From: an uncultured archaeon | Lineage (GTDB): Archaea; Asgardarchaeota; Jordiarchaeia; Jordiarchaeales; Jordiarchaeaceae | NCBI GenBank assembly: GCA_964510585.1 | Contig: CAZECW010000053.1 | Span: forward strand, 1-10,127 | Direction: 5' to 3' | Length of the DNA: 10,127 bases | In this document: in pieces, positions 1 through 5,878 of the stretch | Numbering within the stretch: position 1 is the stretch's first letter | Layout of the letters: every line of letters begins with the position of its first letter | Program-made: the position numbers and the translations under genes | The notes under the pieces: generated by a model | Database searches by the model: none | What the model was told of the DNA's origin: nothing | What the model saw: only the letters and a program-made list of their open reading frames with translations

Positions 1-137
1 CTGCGTCTTGTTTAGCCTCTTAAGCCCAAGCCAAACCCTTCAGCTACCAACAACTATTTATATACCATACTTTCAAATAAACTTTCTGGCGATTCATCCC
101 CACGACTTGAAGTCGGGGGCTTTCTCGCCAAGGTTTT
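1..137 (-). mobile_element. Left end (LE) of an IS200/IS605-family (IS608-like) element; body continues beyond position 1
   Basis: Minus strand reads TTAC|AAAACCTTGGCGAG-AAAG-CCCC CGACT TCA AGTCG T GGGG-ATGAATCGCCA. TTAC target at 141-138, AAAG guide at 123-120, hairpin 119-98 with a single bulged T, outer stem TGGCGA/TCGCCA (130-125 with 92-87). This is the same architecture as the H. pylori IS608 left end. No transposase is visible inside the window. Confidence 0.85.
55..64 (-). promoter_or_regulatory. TATA-like element inside the IS left end, pointing into the element
   Basis: TATATAAATA on the minus strand about 35 nt inside the LE hairpin; position fits a tnpA/tnpB promoter but the gene is not visible. 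Confidence 0.35.
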
Positions 138-147
138 GTAATTTTTT

Positions 148-1548
148 TCACTCTACGCAACAGCTCATCTTGGTTATATCCCTTCTAAAAGATTGAGCAG
201 CTATTTTTATGGATTCGGATAATGTGGGGAAGATGTGCAATGTGTCTATTACATCGTCAATGGTCATCCTGTTTTCAATTATCATCACCCCTTCATGTAT
301 AAAGTCAGCCGCTCCGGCTGCAAGAATATGGAGACCCACCACTTCTTGGTTTTCTCTGTTGATCACAATTTTTATTGCTCCACGCGTGTCCTTGATAGCC
401 CTTGCCTTTGGCACATGTTCCATAGGGATTGTTCTGCACATGCATTTTATTCCTTTTTTGACAGCCTGTTCATCTGTTAAACCTACCCCTGATAACTGAG
501 GATCAGTAAAAACTGCCCGAGGAACAACCCGGTAATTCATTACCTTCTTATTTTCAGATAAAGCATTGTTTGCTGCAATCATCCCTTCCTTTGCTGCAAC
601 GGTTTCAAGCATGGGTTCCCCGGTCACATCCCCCGCAGCCCAAACTCTGTCTCCTGCTTGCATTTGTTCATCAACAATAATTTCTCCATTTCTGCCAAGT
701 CTTATTCCCAACTTTTCCAAACCCAAATTAGCCGTATTTGGCCTTCTTCCGGTTGCAACTAGTAAATGTTCCCCAGTAAATGTTACTTCCTTCCCCTTAA
801 GAATCGTTTTCACAATTTTTTCTCTCCCTTTTTGAGTGACTTTTTTAACTTCCACTCCGGTAATTATTTCTATACCCTCATTCTCCAAGTATCTTTGTAG
901 TAGATAGGTAAGTTCTGGTTCTTCTATTTGAACAATTCTATCCATTCGTTCAAGCACACAGACCTTGGTACCGAATCTTGAAAAAATCTGGGCAAACTCT
1001 ATACCTAATGGTCCTCCTCCAAGTATAATCATAGAATCGGGCAATTCTTTGAGGTTCAGCGCCTCTTTATTGGTCAGATAATCAATTTTGTTTATTCCCT
1101 CAATTGGAGGTATAAAAGTTGAGGAGCCAGTTGCTATGATAAACTTGTTTGCTTTGTATATTTCTCCCTGAACCTGAACTTCAGTTTTTGAGATAATTTT
1201 GGCGTCGCCTTCTACATACTCTACGTTTGACAAGTCTCTTAACACTTTTTCGTACTTTTCAGTTATGAACTCTTTTACAAGGTTATCTTTTTCTATCATT
1301 ATAGATTTAAAATCAAAAGAAACGGATGCCCTCACTCCGCTCAGATTATGTGTTCTCATTTTGTGAATGGTTTCCCCAACATGCAATAGGTGCTTGGTAG
1401 GCAAGCAACCCACATTTACACAGGTCCCCCCCATCCCAACCACGTTATTATTTACAATTACTGTTTTAGCTGAAAATTCATTTGCCTTCATCGCTGCGGC
1501 GAATCCCGCTGAGCCCCCGCCCAAAATTACCAAATCAAAATTTCTCAA
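148..1548 (-). CDS. merA: Mercuric reductase (flavin disulfide oxidoreductase), archaeal/early-branching type lacking the NmerA domain
   Basis: FAD motif GGGSAG; redox-active GGTCVNVGCLPTK; GRRPNT and AAGDV motifs; C-terminal vicinal cysteines (MSCCVE, nt 162-157); FPTLSE where dihydrolipoamide dehydrogenases have catalytic HPTLSE. TTG start 7 nt after GAGGTG (1561-1556). Confidence 0.9.
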   Translation of the reverse strand: MRNFDLVILGGGSAGFAAAMKANEFSAKTVIVNNNVVGMGGTCVNVGCLPTKHLLHVGETIHKMRTHNLSGVRASVSFDFKSIMIEKDNLVKEFITEKYEKVLRDLSNVEYVEGDAKIISKTEVQVQGEIYKANKFIIATGSSTFIPPIEGINKIDYLTNKEALNLKELPDSMIILGGGPLGIEFAQIFSRFGTKVCVLERMDRIVQIEEPELTYLLQRYLENEGIEIITGVEVKKVTQKGREKIVKTILKGKEVTFTGEHLLVATGRRPNTANLGLEKLGIRLGRNGEIIVDEQMQAGDRVWAAGDVTGEPMLETVAAKEGMIAANNALSENKKVMNYRVVPRAVFTDPQLSGVGLTDEQAVKKGIKCMCRTIPMEHVPKARAIKDTRGAIKIVINRENQEVVGLHILAAGAADFIHEGVMIIENRMTIDDVIDTLHIFPTLSESIKIAAQSFRRDITKMSCCVE

Positions 1549-1559
1549 ATCTAAACACC

Positions 1560-1745
1560 TCAGACTTTATAAAAAGGCTTCGCTGAGAAAACTTTGCAGT
1601 GGGTAGAGAACACGCATCGGCTGGCCCGTTTGTTCCATAACCCATATGATGTCAAGGCTTTGACTGTGACTGAACCTTGAGCGGCTACCAAAGCTTCCAC
1701 TAAGTGTGAGTGTAGAAATGTGTGCAGCTTGGAACCGAAGCACAT
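1560..1745 (-). CDS. Possible small Cys/His-containing ORF (61 aa) between the merA promoter and merA; no family recognised
   Basis: GGAGG at 1761-1757, 11 nt before the ATG; stop TGA overlaps the merA RBS; preceded in frame by ATG GAG GAT TGC TCA TAA. No recognisable domain. Confidence 0.25.
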   Translation of the reverse strand: MCFGSKLHTFLHSHLVEALVAAQGSVTVKALTSYGLWNKRASRCVFSTHCKVFSAKPFYKV

Positions 1746-1765
1746 TTATGAGCAATCCTCCATAA

Positions 1766-1779
1766 TATAATGCATTATA
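1766..1779. promoter_or_regulatory. Perfect 14-bp palindrome, candidate repressor operator of merA
   Basis: TATAATGCATTATA is its own reverse complement and overlaps the start site predicted about 25 nt downstream of the TATA element at 1804-1797. Confidence 0.5.
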
Positions 1780-1796
1780 CTATACTAATAGACGTT

Positions 1797-1812
1797 CATA
1801 AAAAGTTTTACC
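1797..1812 (-). promoter_or_regulatory. BRE/TATA promoter for the merA unit
   Basis: Minus strand GGTAAAAC-TTTTTATG, about 35 nt upstream of the first ATG/GGAGG. Confidence 0.5.
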
Positions 1813-2330
1813 TACGTGAGGAACTTGTTAAAAAATTGTTGTTTGGTTTTCTTGGGTGATGTAGGATTGTTCGATTCTAGGAACTAGGGCAAAATTATCG
1901 GCATTTATTCCTTAGAGTTTGTTCCGCTGGCTCAAGACGCCTTTTTCGTGGTGCGCTTGGGCGATGCATTCTCTTGGACCCACTATTCGTTTTGCGTTTT
2001 CCTCCTTTTTAGGAATAACACTCTTAAAGTTCTATTTGAAGCGTACTCCAGAAGCTGATTTTTTTTGGGAGTCTCTCACCACTGGGATTTTGTCCATAAT
2101 CCACTGGTACTCTTGGTGACGCCGGCAGAAAGGGTAACCGGCAAGCCTGTCAGCGCCCACACAATTTTAAATGTTCAAGACGTAGCGACACGTTAGCTGC
2201 GCAGAAAAGCCGGAAGCCTTCGCAAATGGTGTGTGACTACAACTTGAGGAGGCTCTGTTACTTGGACCAACTAGAAATAAACATTATTATAAACGTGGAA
2301 GGCGTGAATTTGTTCCAAAGCCTTAATATT

Positions 2331-2345
2331 AAAAAAGGTTATATG
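2331..2345 (+). promoter_or_regulatory. BRE/TATA promoter for the DUF4332 gene
   Basis: AAAAAAGG-TTATATG about 45 nt upstream of the ATG; RBS GAGGTG at 2377-2382. Confidence 0.5.
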
Positions 2346-2386
2346 TCTGTTTTTTAAGCATAAATGCAAAGGTATTGAGGTGAAGT

Positions 2387-3337
2387 ATGATGGCTGGTGA
2401 ACGTTTAAGTGTTGCTGGCGGTGTATTAGCCTTTCTGGCAGGATTTGTAGGCATATATTTTAGTGGCACGCTTCTTTTTCCTAATCTTACTCCTATAACG
2501 AATCTTCTTCAACTGCCTGTGAGCGACTTGTTGGGAAGCTATGGCACTACCCTACTAGACATAGTTTTTCTCCAAATATCCTTGACCCTCTTAAATAGCG
2601 CGTATGGTAGTTTTTGGAATATGCTGGGGTTGCTATCTGGCGCAGGGGTTCTCCTGTTATCCTATCCTCTCACTGCTGGAAAATGGGTTAGAGGGGTCAT
2701 CGTGGGTTTAATCGGCTTGGGTGCCCTAGAACTTTTTAGCGGCATTTCCGGATCAGCCAACATATTGGCGGCGGGTGGAGGACTAGCAGTTGTTGGCGGT
2801 CTCCTTGGAATAGGAGTCTGGAGAACCGCTAGGTACGAGAAGCCTGAGGTTAAAGCTGTAAGGGCGGAAGCCCCCGCAGAGAAGGTAGTTGCCGAAAAAC
2901 CGGAAAAGAAGGTTAGGGCCGCAAAAGTTCTTCCAAAAGGTGTACCCAGAGCCGAACTACAAATATCCCAGGTTGAGGGAATCGGACCAGTTTACGCTTC
3001 GAGACTGGAGAAAGCAGAAATCAAGACCTTATCCCAACTAGCTAACTCTTCAGCTGACAAGGTGGCTTCAACGGCTAAGGTTAACAAGAAGGAAGCTGAG
3101 AAGTGGATACGGATAGCCAACTTGCTACTCCTAGACGTGATAGATGAAGAGGCCGCAGAAATCATGGTGGTCGGAGCAGGAGTAACCTCTCTAAGAGACC
3201 TGGCAGAGAGAAAACCAGAAGAACTCTACGAACAAATGCAGGCAGCCCTAAAAATGGGCAAAGTCGCCATACCAAAAGGATACAGCTTTACTAAACAAGA
3301 TGTGGAAAAATGGATCAACGCAGCAAAAAGAAAATGA
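2387..3337 (+). CDS. Membrane-anchored DUF4332-like (tandem helix-hairpin-helix) protein
   Basis: About four hydrophobic Gly-rich segments in aa 8-145, a K/E/A/P-rich linker in aa 146-190, then ISQVEGIGPVYASRLEKAEIKTLSQLA..KWIRIANL..AGVTSLRDLAERKPEEL..KWINAAK, matching my recollection of the DUF4332 pattern. RBS GAGGTG. Confidence 0.8.
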   Translation: MMAGERLSVAGGVLAFLAGFVGIYFSGTLLFPNLTPITNLLQLPVSDLLGSYGTTLLDIVFLQISLTLLNSAYGSFWNMLGLLSGAGVLLLSYPLTAGKWVRGVIVGLIGLGALELFSGISGSANILAAGGGLAVVGGLLGIGVWRTARYEKPEVKAVRAEAPAEKVVAEKPEKKVRAAKVLPKGVPRAELQISQVEGIGPVYASRLEKAEIKTLSQLANSSADKVASTAKVNKKEAEKWIRIANLLLLDVIDEEAAEIMVVGAGVTSLRDLAERKPEELYEQMQAALKMGKVAIPKGYSFTKQDVEKWINAAKRK

Positions 3338-3390
3338 TACAATCAATAAAAGTATAACAGGGCATGACCGCTTAACCAACACTATAGACC

Positions 3391-3436
3391 TTTTTGATTA
3401 CGCCTTCTTCACATTTATTTTTAAATCAACTTTTTT
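3391..3436 (+). terminator. T-run terminator candidates after the DUF4332 gene
   Basis: T5 (3391-3395), TTTATTTTT (3414-3422) and T6 (3431-3436) within 100 nt of the stop codon. Confidence 0.35.
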
Positions 3437-3508
3437 AGGTAGGAACTGATTGGGAGTAGTGCTGGCAGGAACAAATGTGGCTGAGGTTTAAATCTGGCTT
3501 AATAGGTC

Positions 3509-3587
3509 TTATTTATATAAAAATTTTTTATTAAAAATTAATTTTATTAAAAATTAATTTTAAATATTTGAAAAATATAAATTATAA
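3509..3587. repeat. A/T-only tract with a 16-bp tandem repeat
   Basis: No G or C from 3509 to 3569 and one G in 3509-3587; TTTTATTAAAAATTAA at 3526-3541 and 3542-3557, then a partial TTTTA. Confidence 0.9.
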
Positions 3588-3682
3588 GTTACACATCTTC
3601 TCTCCCCTTATTCTCATCGGCAGGAATTTTCCCTAGGTGCCCCGTAGCACAATTCACCTTTTCCGATACTTCGATATTTTGA

Positions 3683-3753
3683 AAATTTTTAAATTAGCTC
3701 CGTAAATTTGCAAAAAATTCAAAAATTACACAAAAAATTAGAAAAATTAAAAT
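3683..3753. repeat. Phased AAATT/A-tract array
   Basis: AAATT starts at 3683, 3691, 3704, 3715, 3723, 3735 and 3744 (mean spacing about 10.2 bp). Confidence 0.75.
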
Positions 3754-4045
3754 CGGGGTCACATCAAACACCAAAAATGCATACACGCTGTTTTGCTATT
3801 GCGGTTTGTACCATTTCTTCAAGCGTTCCACGTTGGGGTGGTGCTTTTCTAACTTTGGTGTTTCTTCTTGGCTTACGCGTAAAATGCTTAATTAACCTAT
3901 TTTCTACTATTTGCAGATTGTTCACAATAAGTGGTAGTGGCTTGTTGTACTGTATAAGTGGCGTTAAAAAATATAACCAGTTGTGTCGGTGGTTCCCCAT
4001 TTTTTGGGGTGGGTTGATTTATTGTTCATTTGGATAGTTGGAAAC

Positions 4046-4061
4046 CGAAAAAGCTTATATC
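4046..4061 (+). promoter_or_regulatory. Consensus-like BRE/TATA promoter about 310 nt upstream of the permease start
   Basis: CGAAAAAG-CTTATATC; predicted start site near 4085. Confidence 0.55.
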
Positions 4062-4367
4062 GAACCTCCTAATATCTGGTTATCTAATCAATTGCGATGC
4101 ATTGAAATCAGGCAATCTGGGACTCACGGAGAATAGCCTCCAGATGTCAACAGAGGGACCAACCACATATGAAAAACGTTTTTACTGAGAATACTCTCTT
4201 ATCCTACCACTTAACTGGTGCACGTGGACAGGAATCTTTGCATCTTCTTTTTTGGCGCATTCACCCATTGAGGGATGAGTGGTTTCTGCAATTTACATTG
4301 TTTCCCTCTATTTTTACTATGTGCTGCTTGTTGAGGGAATTTTGGGTGTTCCGCAGGTGAGGGGTGA

Positions 4368-5693
4368 ATGGTTATGGCTTTGCCTGTGAGTATTTCTGTG
4401 ATAGTTTTGTTTGTGGTATTTGTTTTGATTGCGGTTAGGAGAATAGGTAGGGTTAGACTTAAGATTTGGCAGATTATGCTTGGCGGGGCGGTGGCTGTTC
4501 TTCTGACCCAGGAAATTTCTCCAATGAAGGCTTTGGAAGCAATAAATGTGGATGTGATGCTGTTTCTTTTTGGAATGTTTATTGTTGGTGAGGCTTTGTA
4601 TGCTAGTGGCTACCTTTTCCACGCGTCTTACAGGCTTTTTAAAAAGGCCAAAAATGTGGACATTCTGATCCTTATGATTCTTTTTAGTATGGGTGTACTC
4701 TCCGCCTTTTTGATGAATGACACGCTGGCCATAATTGGTACTCCCTTGGTGCTGCATTTTGCCAAAAAGTACAATATTTCCCCAAAGCTTCTACTCTTGT
4801 CCCTGGCGTTTGCTGTGACCATTGGTAGTGTGATGAGCCCCATAGGGAATCCCCAAAATCTCTTAATCGCCATAGGAGGCAACATCAAGAACCCCTTCAT
4901 CGAATTTTTCAGATATCTCACCATTCCCACAATAGTTAACCTCTTCATCACCTACATTGTGTTGAAAATTTTTTACAGAAACCAGTTCGGCAAAAGTTTG
5001 GAGGATCAGAACCAAGAACCCATAAATGATCAGAGGCTGGCACTTCTATCAAAAATTTCCCTGATTTTAATCGTTGCCATGGTAATCATAAAAATTTCTC
5101 TAGTATTTCTGGGATGGGCGGTGGAGTTCAGATTAACCTACATTGCCCTAGTATCTGCGGCACCAATAATCATATTCAGCAAAAGGAGATTTGAAATATT
5201 GAAAAGGATTGATTGGTACACTCTCATATTCTTTGCCGCAATGTTTGTCTTAATGGAGAGCGTGTGGGATTCTGGATTCTTCCAATCCTTCATAGGGTTC
5301 AACCCCAGCATAACCTCCATTCCCATGATACTGGTAACCAGCGTCATGGTGAGCCAAATGATTTCCAATGTGCCCTTCGTGGCCCTCTACCTGCCCCTCC
5401 TATCCTACTACAACCTTTTCCTAAGCCAAATACTCAACTTACCCTATATCGCCCTGTTTCCCCAGCTCCTAGAAATCTTCGGCGGTGTATCCACAATTCA
5501 ACTAGTGGCCCTCGCCGCCGGAAGCACCATCGCTGGAAACCTACTCATCCTAGGAGCCGCCAGCAACGTAATAATTATCCAAAACGCTGAAAAAAGTGGA
5601 GAAACCCTCACATTCCTCGAATTTGCCAAAGTAGGAATCCCCCTCACCCTCATCAACCTGGTGATTTATTGGATTTTCCTAACCCTCGTTTAA
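4368..5693 (+). CDS. ArsB/NhaD-family (ion transporter superfamily, YbiR/SLC13-like) anion permease; substrate unknown
   Basis: Polytopic membrane protein with family motifs SAFLMNDT, GSVMSPIGNPQNLLIA, IDWYTLIFFAAMFVL, ISNVP, LAAGSTIAGNLLILGAASNVII. RBS GGTGAGGGGTG directly upstream. Confidence 0.9.
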   Translation: MVMALPVSISVIVLFVVFVLIAVRRIGRVRLKIWQIMLGGAVAVLLTQEISPMKALEAINVDVMLFLFGMFIVGEALYASGYLFHASYRLFKKAKNVDILILMILFSMGVLSAFLMNDTLAIIGTPLVLHFAKKYNISPKLLLLSLAFAVTIGSVMSPIGNPQNLLIAIGGNIKNPFIEFFRYLTIPTIVNLFITYIVLKIFYRNQFGKSLEDQNQEPINDQRLALLSKISLILIVAMVIIKISLVFLGWAVEFRLTYIALVSAAPIIIFSKRRFEILKRIDWYTLIFFAAMFVLMESVWDSGFFQSFIGFNPSITSIPMILVTSVMVSQMISNVPFVALYLPLLSYYNLFLSQILNLPYIALFPQLLEIFGGVSTIQLVALAAGSTIAGNLLILGAASNVIIIQNAEKSGETLTFLEFAKVGIPLTLINLVIYWIFLTLV

Positions 5694-5830
5694 ACACTCC
5701 CTCCCAAAAGATCCAAAACAAGGGGGGGCGGATACAAACAAAAACGGCCATTCAAGTAATTTCAAACAATTATTTCAAATTGTCCTTCAATTGAAGAACC
5801 TAAAGAGCACATTAACCACCTTAATCACAA

Positions 5831-5846
5831 TAATTATATTTATAAG
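5831..5846 (+). promoter_or_regulatory. TATA promoter for the ferritin-like gene
   Basis: TAATTATA-TTTATAAG about 35 nt upstream of the ATG; RBS GGGGTG at 5868-5873. Confidence 0.55.
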
Positions 5847-5878
5847 CAGTTTAACCGATTTCTAAATGGGGTGTGTAA

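Noticed and set aside
1-42. Minus-strand open frame RVWLGLKRLNKTQ running off the window, a possible tnpB N-terminus
   Set aside because: No start codon after the upstream TGA and too short to identify.
8-196. 62-aa plus-strand ORF
   Set aside because: It runs antisense across the IS left end and the merA C-terminus; no RBS or recognisable motif.
148-1548. Dihydrolipoamide dehydrogenase as an alternative call
   Set aside because: It lacks the catalytic His of HPTLSE and has the C-terminal CC pair.
209-1606. Plus-strand ORFs 209..499, 235..480, 566..835 and 1367..1606
   Set aside because: Antisense shadows of merA.
1567-1755. 62-aa minus-strand ORF overlapping the 61-aa ORF
   Set aside because: The TTG lies only 1 nt from GGAGG and the product has no recognisable motif.
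1573-1770. Plus-strand frame with one in-frame TGA and a CxCxxxC motif (possible selenoprotein)
   Set aside because: No RBS or promoter, no SECIS-like element recognised; it is the codon-aligned antisense of the 61-aa ORF.
1866-1882. GTTCGATTC resembling a tRNA T-loop (also GGTTCGAT on the minus strand near 4060-4067)
   Set aside because: The flanks do not form a T-stem or a cloverleaf.
2079-2108. Two CCAGTGG copies on the minus strand resembling ORB cores
   Set aside because: No flanking GAAAC or G-string and no adjacent A/T tract.
1919-2150. 66-aa plus ORF and the antisense frame containing LAGYP and AHHEK (HD-GYP- or transposase-like fragments)
   Set aside because: The motifs are in the wrong order, the frame is interrupted by a stop, and there is no RBS; a pseudogene call is unsupported.
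3526-3753. CRISPR array or integron att sites
   Set aside because: The repeats are low-complexity, lack unique spacers of regular length, and no cas or integrase gene is present.
3708-4037. 109-aa plus-strand ORF
   Set aside because: The N-terminus is the phased A-tract array in translation and the rest reflects G/T-rich composition; no RBS.
4169-4360. 63-aa ORF whose stop overlaps the permease RBS
   Set aside because: GGTGA-type RBSs contain TGA by default, so the overlap is weak evidence; no recognisable product.
4317-5590. ORFs 4317..4757, 4628..4951, 5138..5368 (minus) and 5213..5590 (plus)
   Set aside because: Shadow or alternate frames of the permease.
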